From Balanoglossus misakiensis (taxonomy: Eukaryota; Animalia; Hemichordata), in NCBI GenBank assembly GCA_040954595.2, contig CM082598.2, forward strand, positions 6,463,097-6,527,096: a stretch of DNA of 64,000 nucleotides, read 5' to 3'. Positions 40,701 to 54,379 of this stretch are shown here, one piece after another (within the stretch, counting starts at the first letter, position 1; each line of letters begins with the position of its first letter). The notes beneath the pieces are model-generated. The model was not told the DNA's origin. It saw only the letters and a list, made by a program, of their open reading frames with translations, and did not search any database. Both the position numbers and the translations under genes were made by a program.

Positions 40701-43700
40701 CGGAATTTTGAGGTGGTTCATTCTCTGAGTCCAAGTCGGGATCTTCAAATTTTGGGTGTTTCGCATCGAGGACGGACTGAAGACTGAAGCAGCTCCACGC
40801 GGCCGCTTTGGAAAGCTCCCCGGTGACCTCATACGCGGCAGCGAGACCATCTATACGTGATCGTTGAATTCGAGGCACAGTCCCAAGAGACCATGTCTGA
40901 GGTCATGTTTACTGGAGCGGCTATCTATAACTCAGCGTGGCCAGTCGGTACGATAATCGGCACGAAAGTCAATCATGCATCATATAGAAATTGTTTGCCG
41001 TCGCAGATGCTTTTTTTATTTTCACGTTTATTGACTTTGGGGATGAAAATTCGCCTTTTTGCATTGCAATGCGCATACTCCTTGGAAGCGAAACTTCATG
41101 AGATTACACTCCCTTTGTTTTGGGACCGCCTTGTTGGCAGTACTTATCGCTGGGTTGTTGACACTTCCAACTTGTAAATGAAATGAAGAGTCCGTGGGGT
41201 GCGGTACATAAAACTGTATGCGTGTAATAAAACTGTATGCGTGTAATAAAATCCGAGTGATAGGCTTCAAAACCCAAATGCTATCGTGTTACAATACGAT
41301 GGCGCTACAGAGATCGAATTTATATGATAAATAACACAAATGAATAATTTGTATCTTAATAAATTCTCTGGAAGACTTTGGGCCATCCGAGATCACATTT
41401 CAGATACATTAACACGATGAATACAATCTACCTCAAAAGTCACGCTTGACAAATTTTAATTAAGTCTGTGCGTCCAATTAAAGCCCCAGTATTTCTCGTG
41501 TGTATCCATTTTTCATCATCGAAAAATGCCCGTTTTTCCCGTACATTCATCATGGAATACTACATAATGAAGATAGAAGAAAGGTTTGGGCAACTGTAGC
41601 TACGTGCAAGCTGTAAATATTGCCCGTAACACTTGAAATGATGCGCGGGTTTGTTTACAACGGAAATGTTGTACATGTCGATCAGCAAACGTGCCACTTT
41701 GACATTTGATGGTCAGACCATTTTCGGATTTGATCTGGTTCCATCGACTGATTTCTCCCATAAAGTTATCTTCCCAAAATGTCGCCGAATTAGTGCGCAT
41801 TTCTTCGCTGAGTCGCTTGATTTGGGGCGACCAAACCTCTTCCGCATAGATTCACATTTGAGTGCGCATGCGCACTAGTCACGTGTGTCAACAGAGCCTG
41901 ACTTTCTGTCCGGACAGAAAGTCATTCTTCACTCGTTATATTGTAAATTGTATGAGTTTATGAGCAGAGCTGGGGATGATGACTGTTCGATTCAGTATCA
42001 ATTATCATCTACTTTTAGAAATTATAGATGCCGTTTCAAACAAAATTTTGCCCCTACGAGAAATACTGAGGCTTTAATTCACCCCCATTTGATGTCTCTC
42101 GCATGATCTATTATAGATATCACTCAGAAACCAAACTTTCTTAACAAAAGTTTTGAGGGATTGAGACAGTTCTGATACTTGTTCTTTAAATACTGCATTT
42201 CTTTACAATGTTTTCACATTGCCGTGTGAACGGAAGTACACGTTTTCACTAGTAATTGGCCCTTACCACAAAAATACCAAAACTTCATTTCTCCACAATG
42301 AGCAGTTTTCCAATCGCATTTCTTCTGATGCTTGAAACATCTGTCGAAATAAACGTACTCGGAATGTGATGTGTGCAGTTATGAATAGCAAGTCAATATA
42401 CAAAGCAGTATAGCAGCAGAAATACATAATGTCGTTGTCTCTCTTTTGTATACAACTTTTCGTATCAAAGAAGCTTGATCAAAAAAGTCAAAAGAAAGTG
42501 ACTTTGTCCCTTCAGTGCAAAATGGTACGCTCATTTTAACATACATTGTTTGCGTACACATTATTTAATGAATATTTTTGAAAATGTGTAATTTTGGTAA
42601 TGCATGATTTTCACCCATGATTAAACTCTGTTAAGTACATCTTTATACACTGTGTATTAGATACTATATACTTTGCCTATGGCGTTTGCATCAAATGTTA
42701 TGGAAATTAAACTAATTATTGCATATGTACTTCAGGTTATTTTGTGGTTCACTATGGCATAACTACGGTATTGTGTTTGATTACTGTGAGGATGAAACAA
42801 ATTGTCCCTTTCAAAATTAAATTTTTCGGAGCATTTAGTGGATAAACTACAAGCAAAGTTCCATTTCCACTTGGGTAGTGAAATAATTATGCAAATAAGT
42901 CACATGTCCATTAAATAATATGACAGAACTTCATGACTTCTGCGCGCGATCTGTGCTATATGGATTTTGTTTTCATGAGTGATAAGGTGTATTCTTCCGA
43001 TTATTTTTACGAGTGAAGCGAGTAAAAATACGGAAAAATACTGGCGATAGCGAGAGATTTTCGTAATTTTCGAGGTTCCAAAACACACTGACAACTAAAT
43101 GTTCTGTTATTCTGACGATAGTTTTGAAGGATAATAAAACAACGTGCCAGAATGTTGAAAAATCCGCATGTTTCGGCGATCATGTTGGCTCATTTCATCG
43201 TTGGTTTAGCTCAGGTTGCAAGATAGCATCGGCAATATTTGAGAAACTGGCGATAGGGATTTTCCGAGGTTCCCAAACATTCTGCCAATTAATGTTTTGT
43301 TATTCTGACAAAATTTTGAAAGGATAAGACAATGACGTCTCCGAATGTTGAAAATTCCCCACGTTTCGGCTATCATACTCCAGCTCTGCCGACGGCGTTC
43401 AATGTTTACAAACAAAACGTAGTCCGGCTTGTTTTTATTCATTTGCATATGGGTTGTGAAAAATACCACTTTGTCACGCGCACAACTAAAACAACAATCG
43501 GCTTTTTTGTGACTGAAATATAACTTTTGTTATATCCTCCGGAGGTTTATATGAACTCCAAGTGATTGTGTAACAGAACGAGGGTTAAACTTTGAAAGAT
43601 ACGATCGATTGAAGGGGAAATGGGGGATCTTATAAAATACCAGAATTACTATTGCACGGGCCGCTTGGAATACTGTAGTACATATGCAATAATTGTGGGT

Positions 43701-46700
43701 ATTTCAGGGCATTTTTTGCAAATGAGCAGGCAAGTGGGACTACTTTCTGTTAGTAAACATTGAACGCCAAGAACGCTATCTATAGAGCTAAGTTATAATT
43801 CCGAAGTGCGATAGAAAATCTGGGAAAAACATATGCAAGAACAAGAGAACTCCATGACCTGTGACGAGAGTAACGAGTGAAGGTACAGCAGAATATTCCG
43901 CCTCACGAGTGAAAATAACACAGATCACGTGCACGGGTCATGACGTGTGGCGTACTTTACAAGTTCATGACAAACAGAACTGATTTACACTCACCTTATG
44001 TAAATGCACCGCCCTGGGACGATGTTCTCGCCATCAGCAAAGGGCGTGTACTCCAACACCAAACCCCTTCTCGTCTTCACTGCGTTGTCTGCCGCGATGT
44101 GCGCATCGATCCACACATCAAAGAAAGTCCCAAAACTAGAATAAGGATGGGGATTACTCCAAACCTTTTTCTGTTTCCATTTGTTTATGATGGACCCAAA
44201 ATATAAGCCGTTATTGTCGCACACGTGATACGCACCCTGTTCGTCTTTCTTGGTAAAAACAATAATCTCGGATGTCACTGAAATACAAGTTGAAATTTTT
44301 CATGTAATGATGGTTTTGTGTTTCTCACAGAAAATAATCATTCACAAATGGCTGGTGCTTTTCGTTGAGAATGAAGTATCAAAACTATGTTTAACTTTTT
44401 AATTCTCCCACTTGCATACAATTTTCTACAAATTTAGTTCAGTGATGTTATGTATAACTATTCACTCCTATAACAATAACATGGAATGGTTATCAGTTAT
44501 TTGTCATAAGTATATTCTAGTGAAAGCTAAGCTTCCCATACACTGCAAATTCTTCTGGCTTTCCTGCAAGCTAAATTCAAGCCAAATTCAAACCGGCTTG
44601 TTTGTCGCAAATCGGCTTCTTTCGTTTCTTCAAAATTGGCTTGATTTTGGCTTGAATTTAGCTTGCTGAGTTGCCGCTTTATATAACTTACCGGCTTGCT
44701 GATAGACCACAGCAAGTTTAATGAGTGGTGTGTTGGCCAACCATAGTAATGAAATATGGCTTGCTGGCATGCCATTCTATTCAGCAAATGAGCTTGAAGA
44801 CACACCGATTCATTATCCAGTGGTTTGTCAACAAACCATCACAAATCTAAGGGGTTTGTATATAAACCAATGAATATATTATGATGGCTTGCATGTAAGC
44901 CACTTTCTAAAACAATGGCTTGCCAACAAACCGTCGAATAATACAAGGGGGTTGTACGTAAACCCTGAAAATTTACATTGGCTTGTCTGAAAGCCAACTT
45001 CTACTTAAAACTGGTGTGCTAGCAAACCAAATATGAATCACTTTAGTTTGCCAGCAAACCAAAAATTAGCATTTCCTGGTTTGCTGACAAACTGAGAATG
45101 CTTGAGCAGTGGTTTAAAAATCAGCCACTCTGCTTGGGCTTTGGCATGTATACAAACCATTCTTACACAGAATGCAGTTTATAAGCAAGCCAAAAATTTG
45201 AATTGCATGTTTTGCTTCTGTTTACCTAAAAGCTATAGTTATAAATTTGGGCCATTTTTAGCATTTTTGCTCTTTCAAGTGACTGCAGTTTCTTGTTCAA
45301 CTCACCAAAGCATGATGCAATGCCATTTACTAGATTCTATACACTGCCATAATTGTACAATGAGCAATTGTCAAAAAACATAATTTTAGTCCAGACCTGA
45401 ACTCATTTGCAAAGGCCAAAGTTGAGATCCCGAACCTGGGCAGTTAATCATGCTTTAAGGAGTAGAACAGAAATAAGGAGTCGATACACTGAAGAAAAAT
45501 ACATAAAAAATAGCCCAAAGTTAGTTACTATGCCCTTAAATAACTTGGTCTTGAAGCATAACATGTGTCATAATGTGCAGCATCTTAGTACTCCACAGTC
45601 AATGGTATGTTAACCTGTCAAAAAAGCACACCGAGAAAGATCTTTTTTGGTCAATCATTATTATTGTAATGACAATGTAAGAAAAAAGGAACAATGGTAA
45701 ATACATGGTATTATGTAAATCAAATGAATTAACCCCATAAATGATAGAAAATATATACAATAAAACTTTTATCTCATTTTCCGTTCAAGTGGTTAGGGAA
45801 AATCATTTCAATCCATCAAAAATGCCTCATTTTTTGAATCTATTGTTTGTCAAAACTGACATGAATACAGATTTCAAAGTCACCATTAAGTGTGGAAAAG
45901 TACTTTTAAATCCTCCTTTATATGCATTTGAGTATTGGAGTCATGGCAGTAGCCTTGAGTATCTTCTTCCTTACTATGAAACTTTGTCTTCTTTCAATGG
46001 GAAACACTCTCAAATAGTGAAAAACAAAAAGAGAAAACAATCTTGTTAGAAATTAACATGAGTGTATATTAGAAACAATTTCCAGCATGAAAACAACACA
46101 TAACACATATGTACACAAGAAAATATGACAATGACTCGTATGAGACATACTCAACAAAAGAAGATAGTGTCTCTCTATTTATCAATGGGGAATGACCATG
46201 AGACTGACACACATACCACAAAACACTACGATATGGTGCCATCCTAATGTTATAGGCAGCAACCATATAAGAACATGAGACTGACCGATACAACACTACG
46301 ATATGGTGCCATCCTAATGTTATAGGCAGCAACCATATGAGAACATAAGACTGACCGATACAACACTACGATATGGTGCCATCCTAATGTTATAGGCAGC
46401 AACCATATGAGAACATGAGACTGACCGATACAACACTACGATATGGTGCCATCCTACTGTTATAGGCAGCAACCATATGAGAACATGAAACTGACCGATA
46501 CAACACTACGATATGGTGCCATCCTAATGTTATAGGCAGCAACCATATGAGAACATGAGACTGACCGATACAACACTACGATATGGTGCCATCCTTATGT
46601 TATAGGCAGCAACCATATGAGAACATGAGACTGACCGATACAACACTACGATATGGTGCCATCCTTATGTTATAGGCAGCAACCATATGAGAACATGAGA

Positions 46701-49700
46701 CTGACCGATACAACACTACGATATGGTGCCATCCTAATGTTATAGGCAGCAACCATATGAGAACATGAGACTGATCGATACAACACTACAATATGGTGCC
46801 ATCCTAATGTTATAGGCAGCAACCATGAAACACAAACATAACCATGAGATACACAGCATGTAACAAACAAGATGAAATTGATTCAATGAGCAATGCATGA
46901 AATTTCGCACCTAGAGTTTAGTGAATTGTTTCCTTTGACTATAACTGAATACATGTTACATACATGATAGCTGGACTATATTAATAAATACAGATAGGCA
47001 TGTTCCTTTAAAATTAGTTTTAAGCATAAATGTAAAATCTCTTCCCAAATGCAATACTGAAATTATAACCACATGGTTGGTATTTTATAATGAAGTCCAT
47101 ACAAACTAAACTGTAAAGAAAACAGATGACTAGATGACAAAAATGGATATTAAAAAAAAAAATCTACTTAATTATACATACCGTGTATGCTTCAACATAA
47201 ATGCTACTTGTTGACTTTTCATATTTTTGTGGTGCCTAATAAAATAACAACTGCTCCTTCCCATAACCAGTATCACCACTCCTGCAAAACCAAGATCATT
47301 TATTTCATTCATATGCAAATATCTGGGGTTCAATTAAAGTAGGAATCATTATTGTTACAAATCGCAGGCATGCAGGGGTTAAATAATCCTGTGGTCCGAG
47401 ATCATGGTTTATCAAAAAAAAATTATTCAGCCAATGATTTAAATATTATGGGTATCCATTGATATAGTATTGGAACACAAAACTACATTTTTATTGCGGT
47501 TACCCCCCCCCCCCCCCCAATGTTGACTTCCACTGCCACTAGCCCCACTCGAAGCTTCATATATTTGAAATATCTCTCGATCTACAAATGATCAATACAG
47601 TATAGATATTATTACATATTTTGAATTATCTTGACTAGTAAAAATGCATAAACAAACATGAATGGGGATGTAGGCTGGCAATAGCAAGCATGGTGAAATT
47701 CCTAGGCTATAGCGCTATAGGGCCCCACTCCGGAGCTGCATTAAAAAATTCTTTTGATTTGCTCAGACTTTTTTGTAACCATCCACACATGATCAATGCA
47801 GTATATACAGGATTCAGGCCTTTTAATAGTGACATACTTTGCATCGTCTTCGCTCACAAAAATGCATAAACAAAAATGAACGTGGATGGAGGCTGAAAAT
47901 AGCAAGAATAATGAAATTCCTTTGGGGCCCCACTCCCTACTTTATGCTGTCAAACTTTTGACATTACTTCTTCTCACATGCTTTTCAGCTATCTTCAACA
48001 CATGATCAAGTCAGTATATACAGGATTCGGGCCTGTTAATTTTGTATTATCTTCACTGCTCGCAAAAATGCAGTTACTGTCACAAAATGGAATGGAAGCA
48101 GGACTTACCCCAACCGCCATTGTTCTATGTTAACGGTCTCGTTGATGCTGGCGGTCAACTGCTAAGTCATCAGATGTCATCCTTCCATAACGATGCTCGG
48201 TGCCAAAGTAATTATCCACGCATATGGTATTTCGGTTCTACCTTAGGAACAGGTTGAGTGCATTGTAAATCGCTGAACGAATTTTATAAAGGGAACGACG
48301 TGATTCGATCGGCTTCCTCACCCGTGGACCGTCTTCTCTCGCGTCAAAACGTTGTAGTTGTGTAATAAATAACCTTTGACCCTGCATTCGCGCGCCAAAT
48401 CAGGGTATTTCGCAAGACATTGTGCCCAGCGTGGCGTGTATATGAACCACATCCCGGCAAAGTTTTCCATGGCGTGTTTTCAAACCATACTTACATCTTT
48501 TTATGGTTTGAAAAGCGACCACTAACTCCAACGGCTTAAAATGCAGGCAAGATTAAATATGGTACAAATTCGAGCCAGACATAAGTATCACTAAAGTTTG
48601 CGAGCAAACCAGAGATTTTGTTCAATGGCTTAAAGGCACGTAAGCTGCAACTGGATAAAAAATCAATGTTGTAAATAATCTCATATATGCTTTTAATTAT
48701 ATCTATTAAATGCTATTTCATGATAATATATCAAGCTCAACACTTATTTATGACAAAATGGCCAAAAATTAAAGAAAAACGAAAATTCCTGATATTTTTA
48801 AAAAAAGTGCAATATTGCAATGAAAACTGAAAATCTGATGTCTCAGTGGTGTACATTTACTTCCATGAGCTCAAGTGGATGAGATCATGTTTTGTTTATG
48901 AAGTTTCACAACCGGAAATGCGACATTTTCATTGTTTCTTTCATTTTCCCACGGTGGCGGCCATAATCGCTTGCGGCAAAGCTTTATTATTTATCTGGTT
49001 AAAACTTGCATATGCACTCATATTTAGGGTTTATAATGCTTGTGTATAGTTCACTGCCTTCATCTGCATGGACTAATGGTAGTGCAGTGTGAAACAAAAA
49101 TTATGAAAATTACCCCAAAAGTTACAGCTTACGTGCCTTTAATAATAAGCCATTCCAGACAGGTTGTCCAGCGGCGTATTTACAAACCATTTTTCTAACA
49201 TTGACTGGCTTGCTGGCACACACCAGAAAATTTAGCGGCTTGTGGAAATACCGAAGTTTCGGCAAGTATGACGAGGTGGCTTGTCAGCAAACCCGAATGG
49301 CTTGAGTACAAACCGGCTTGTTTTTGCAGAATTTGCAGTGTAGTTAGTTATATTTCTGTAAAGAGTTTGTTGGCGTGAATTCCGGTTACAGTTATTTACA
49401 TCTTCCATCAAAAGTATAAGATTATACAAATACACTTGAACTTACTTGGATTTTCACATACCGGGATGAGAGATCCTCTATAACACATCATGTCCGTCCA
49501 CTCGCCATTCAAACGTAGGCTACAAATATCGAAATCATAAACAGTGTAAGGTGCGCATCAAAAGTATATAGAAAAACATATATAGTGAAAAAAGAAGGCA
49601 GGACGCGTGGTGATGTAATCGCTTGTTTATTCCCCCAGGATCAGGACGGCTAACTAGACTGACTCCTTAAAGTCTCAAGAGCTGCAACCTTGGTTGACAT

Positions 49701-50169
49701 GATTGATTTACATGATTGATTACACTTACTCCAATGTAATACAGTCTCCGGTATTCGTCGGGAAACCCTTCTTGAAGGGTTTGTACGTCAGCTCCTGTCC
49801 GTCGCTTGTGCGTACAACCTTTCCGCCCTCTGCTATCCGCGCGTCAATATACACTCCCGTATCTCCCAAGCCTTGTTCTGTAAGTGTCTTAATTATAAAT
49901 TGGTGTTTTGCCTCGCTGTCATCTTTAACCAAACGTAGACCCAAGTCTTGACATATTTTTACTAACTCATCGGCCGTCGATGGTGCGAAACCAGTAATGA
50001 TCACCTGGCAATTAACTGGAAGACGTCTCCTCTATTATTATGAAATTTTAAGAACCTTCTGATTGCTTTCTTACCCTTTCACCACCATGGTTAAGTGCAA
50101 ACAAATTGTTAGCTCACGTGCTGACACTCATCGGCTAATGTCGTACCGATTTCTGACCGTGTGTGCATG

Positions 50170-50204
<35 letters not shown>

Positions 50205-50227
50205 ATTGTCTGTCTGTTGGTCTGTCA

Positions 50228-50274
<47 letters not shown>

Positions 50275-53200
50275 CGTCTGTCTGTCTGTCTGTCCGTCTG
50301 TCTGTCAACACTGTATCTCAAGAATGGCTAAACGAATTTAAGTAAATTTCGGTACGCTGGTTCAAGTTTTAAATGGAAAGAACTGATAAGGTTTGTTGGG
50401 CGGTGCTTGCATATTAATGAAGTTATGAGGGTTACATGTTGTCGCGATGCAGGATCGCGTGTAATTCTACAACGCATGTTCTGCCGATGATTGGCACAGG
50501 CGGTAATGTTTGGCAGTACCCTGACTGAATTGTCGTTGCGTCGCAGTTGAGGGAAATTGTTCCTTGTGCACTGTATGCCAAGATTGTCATGATCTAGTCA
50601 CGTACGCCTTTCTTGTTTCGACTCTGACGTCAGAGCAAGTTCCCGTCGTGACAGTCAACCTTGTACTTGTACATACGTTCATTGATTTGTTTGCTTGGCT
50701 ACCAAGAGTCAAAGCAGCTTAATTCGATATCAGCTCAAGATTTTGTAATAAGTTACTACATCGATTACACTCTATCAAAGTAGCATTTCTTTAGAGTTGA
50801 CTTCCTACCTCCCTTACGGAGGATAACAATTTTTGTTTTCTTAAGGTGGCATTGCATGAAAACATGTGATTTTTGCCAAATTTTACTTTTTTTCATAAAT
50901 CGGTAGGCCTAATACTGACCCACATCCTGACTAATACGTCTTGGCGGAAATGGTGCATAATCACCCCAAAATAGCACTTTTCTGAATGAGTTCACAGCTT
51001 AACAAATAGGTGTCAACAATGCAAATGGCCGTTTTTCTCAGTTTGCATTTTCGCTGCTCTTGACAACTTCAGACGAAAATAGCTTCGCTCTGCGTTGGCC
51101 GAATTTGCTCAAATTTAAACTGGGGATTGCGTATGACCCATCCAACAAAACTGTATTTTTGTTAGTCGATAAAGTGTCCCTGGCGGGAATAAACTCTGAT
51201 TCAATACAACTCACCGTGAATTTGATCAAATTTTACTAAAAATCTAACTTTCAAACGCTGTTACTCCTCAATGGAAGCAGATAACGCAAAACAAAATTAC
51301 CGTTTTTTTGCACGTGTACTCTAGTTTCGAATGACATATTAAGATGCATAATGCATGGTCAACTTTTTTACCTAATTTAAATTTAATGACATAATATCAA
51401 AAAATGGGGTTTTTCACCCAAAATCGCCACCATTTCCGGGGATCAATAATATTTGCAACTCAAACAAAAGTTCAAAAACTCAGCTTCCAGAATATATATG
51501 GTTTATTGGGGTTTTAACGTTGTCTTTGATGAGAAATAGGCCTCTGAAAAAGTCTCGACGGTAATTTTGTTTTGCGTTATCTGCTTCCATTGAGGAGTAA
51601 CAGCGTTTGAAAGTTAGATTTGTAGAATATTTGACCAAATTCACGGTGAGTTGTATTGAATCAGAGGTTATTCCCGCCAGGGACACTGTATCGACTAAAA
51701 AATCCGTTTTGTTGGATGGGTCATACACAATCGCCTGTTAAAATTTGAGCAAATTCGGCCAACGCAGAGCGAAGCTAAATTCCTCTGAAGTTGTCAAGAG
51801 CAGCGAAAATGCAAACTGAGAAAAACGGTCATTTGCATTGTTGACACCTATTTGTTAAACCCGGGCCCAGTGCGGGGTATAAAAGGCCCCCCAAATCAGT
51901 GGCGAATCTTAATGCCGTTTGACTGACAACAGCCAACACCAACGATCTTGGCTCTATGAAAATCGGCCCAAACAGGTCCAAGCATAAAGAATTACACCAC
52001 AGAACGACAGAGGTTGGCTTTACAAACACGCACAACATAAAGTTATCGACGAAAAAGTACACGAGCTTGTGAAACAATGATGATTTTGGGAGAAATATGG
52101 TTTCAGTGCTTTTCAGAACAATGGATCGCGTCCCTAGGAAACAATGGCCATGCCATTCAAACAGCTGTCAATCTTTCAGAGACGCATAGAGGCGAGAAGT
52201 ATTCAATTATTTGCTATGTACATTGAGATCAATTACACTATAAACAAAGAGTATATGCTTTGAGAGATCTTAGTTGTCGCAATCATGGACAGCACCATGA
52301 AGAGACTATGATGCAAAACAACAGGCGTACGCGAAGGCCTATGCGGAGCGAACAGTCTGGTCGTCGCCAAAGTTATACTCGCGCGCGTGATACAACTGGT
52401 TGATTCAAACAAACGTGGTAAATTATGATTCCACTTACAGAAAACATAGTCACTCTACTTCTTCAACATGTACTAGTAATATCTATGAAAAACCTAAACC
52501 TGATACTGTACAGTCTCGCTAAAGCTAACTTTTCGAATGTTCGTGGATATATAGTCCTACGTATGGCGAGAGTGTCCGAGTAGCGACCACAGCGCACGCC
52601 ATGCCATTAGGACTTCGACTAATGACTCTCCGTTGCTGATCGTGAGATCATTCGTTGAACTTCAAAGCGCAAACTCGCACCACACTGTCGAAGACACGAG
52701 AAGGGCAACGATTACGGGAAATTGATTTACATCATTTTATTAGAAAAAATGGTTTTTAGTTTCCGCGAACCATTGCTGACCTTGGGAGTATCGAAACCAG
52801 TCACGTGTTTGAGTGCAATCATGATTGGGGACCTATCGAGCAATCTAACACACACCGACTCACATTTGGTCCATTGTTCTGACATTACAATATCATTCCA
52901 CATTTCGCACGGAGGACCGTGGACAACGATTCTGCTAGCCTATTTATTAGTCTGTGGAAAATTTAAAATCCGCCAATACTTCAAGTTTTACTCTGTCACT
53001 GGATTTTACAGCTCGTCAAACCGGAGTCTGGCCAGGCTGAGTCTATTGCAATCGTTTTAGGAGGACTTTACCGACAACCCGCCAGAAAAATACGTCGATT
53101 GCGCACTGCTGATCGCACTTCGTCGCTGAACAGTCGGCTGCTAAAAACTAACCGTCGCTCACGTTCCAAGACTTTCAGAGAAGTATTGCGATTAGCCCAC

Positions 53201-53711
53201 CTGGTCAAACAGATTACGCAGATAAACTACCAATGCTCCCGACCGTTATACAGTCGTTAGGGACGACGACCACTCCCAATCACTCCCAAATAAACAACTA
53301 TACAAACACACGTTAATCCGAACCCCGGTACTTTCCGCACCGGGGTTTAAGCTGTGGACTCATTCAGAAAAGTGCTATTTTTGGGTGATTATGCACCATT
53401 TCCGCCAAGACGTACTAGTCAGGATGTGGATCAGTATTAGACCTACCGATTTATGTAAAAAAGTAAAATTTGGCAAAAATCACAACTTGCATGCAATGCC
53501 ACCTTAATTCCTGTACGCCTGCCAGACATCAACATTAAATTGAGTTCGTCGACTATTCGATGAAAGTGAGAGAGAAAAAGAAAAGTGAGAAAAAAGAAAA
53601 GAAAAGTAGAGTATGCCTGGTTATGTGTAGTGAAATTCAGAGAAGTCACTTACCGCTTTGTCCCACAAATACTATTGCCAAATACACAGAAATCGTGACA
53701 AGTTTGTCCAT
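36549..53711 (-). CDS. Signal peptide - C-type lectin x2 - GAIN/GPS protein (adhesion-GPCR/polycystin-like ectodomain with no TM region seen), spliced
   Basis: Exons: 53711-53654 (MDKLVTISVYLAIVFVGQS), 50015-49730 and 49519-49446 (CTLD1, ...DCITLDLRLNGEWTDMMC..PVCE), 44277-43995 (CTLD2 5' part), putative 42340-42278, 39927-39837, 39526-39192, 39052-38944, 38422-38304, 37655-37430, 37167-37082 (KCSTFIESGWENVGCK), 36602-36549 (VSPKSNYNSTLCLCNNI*). Phases are compatible except the unresolved link between 43995 and 42340. Confidence 0.75.
37689..37817. repeat. Compound (AATC)/(AGTC)/(AATG) microsatellite
   Basis: Read directly. Confidence 0.95.
41482..42073. mobile_element. TTAA-flanked MITE (Kolobok-like)
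   Basis: TTAA|AGCCCCAGTATTTCTCGT...ACGAGAAATACTGAGGCT|TTAA. Confidence 0.8.
46221..46826. repeat. 70-bp minisatellite, ~8.7 copies
   Basis: Unit AACCATATGAGAACATGAGACTGACCGATACAACACTACGATATGGTGCCATCCTAATGTTATAGGCAGC. Confidence 0.97.
48634..49138. mobile_element. TTAA-flanked MITE (Kolobok-like) nested in the CACTA-like element
   Basis: TTAA|AGGCACGTAAGCTG...CAGCTTACGTGCCT|TTAA. Confidence 0.85.
50170..50306. repeat. (TGTC)n/(CGTC)n microsatellite
   Basis: Read directly. Confidence 0.93.
50845..53503. mobile_element. TTAA-flanked non-autonomous DNA transposon (Kolobok-like) with ~160-bp+ TIRs
   Basis: TTAA|GGTGGCATTGCATG...CATGCAATGCCACC|TTAA; 50845-51000 is the reverse complement of 53348-53503. 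Confidence 0.9.
51003..51854. mobile_element. Fold-back MITE with ~300-bp TIRs, inserted at a TTAA inside the host element's left TIR
   Basis: TTAA|CAAATAGGTGTCAACAATGC...GCATTGTTGACACCTATTTG|TTAA; 51003-51303 is inverted relative to 51558-51854. Confidence 0.88.
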
Positions 53712-54379
53712 CTGCCGTAGCTGAAAATGTTTTTCTTCTTTTTGATACCTCATCTTCCAGAATACCGGTATGATGTTGTTGTTAATAATCTGATAATTTT
53801 GACTTTGTGAAAGCTGCGGTATCCGTCGACTGGAATCAGCGACTGGGACAAACTATTATGACCAGAAATGGAGGATTCCTAACGATTCTATTTGTCAACT
53901 GTTAATATCTTCGTTTACGACTACTTGGGCTTCTGTTGACTGGCGATTGAATTTCCTCATGAAACGTGTGATGATATTATGATTTCTCAGGGGAAGCAGT
54001 TGGTGGACGCATAAAGACTTCTTCAGCTAAAGATGAGAATATTAGACCCATGCCTTTCGGCTCGTGTGTAAGAGAACAAACGACGACTTCACTCTTTGGT
54101 TTACGGCTAAATGATAAAAAATGTTGAAGAGATAAATAGATAATGCACATATTTTCACCCAGAGAACAGAGAGCAAGCAGCATTGAAGGGGCCCAAGCAT
54201 AGATATAATAACCATTAGACTCCATTCAGGGTTGTACCATTCAAATGCGTAGGCTGTATTTGCTCTCGATGTGGAGATATGGGGAAGTAGGCAACCACTC
54301 GAAATGGATGTCCTACAAGTACAAACACAACAACCAAAAGTGAACTTCTACGTTATGTAAGTACTTCAGTAAGTACTTC

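Larger units (their letters stand above)
44541..49340. mobile_element. CACTA/EnSpm-like non-autonomous element (4.8 kb) in an intron
   Basis: TA|CACTGCAAATTCT...AGAATTTGCAGTG|TA, with dense subterminal GGCTTG/CAAACC repeats at both ends. Confidence 0.8.

Noticed and set aside
43206-43610. Possible degenerate third lectin exon (FCYTITWSSY...)
   Set aside because: Contains stops and lies inside an inverted-repeat element (~42925-43945)
46069-46870. ORFs over the 70-bp minisatellite
   Set aside because: Period is not a multiple of 3; frames close quickly
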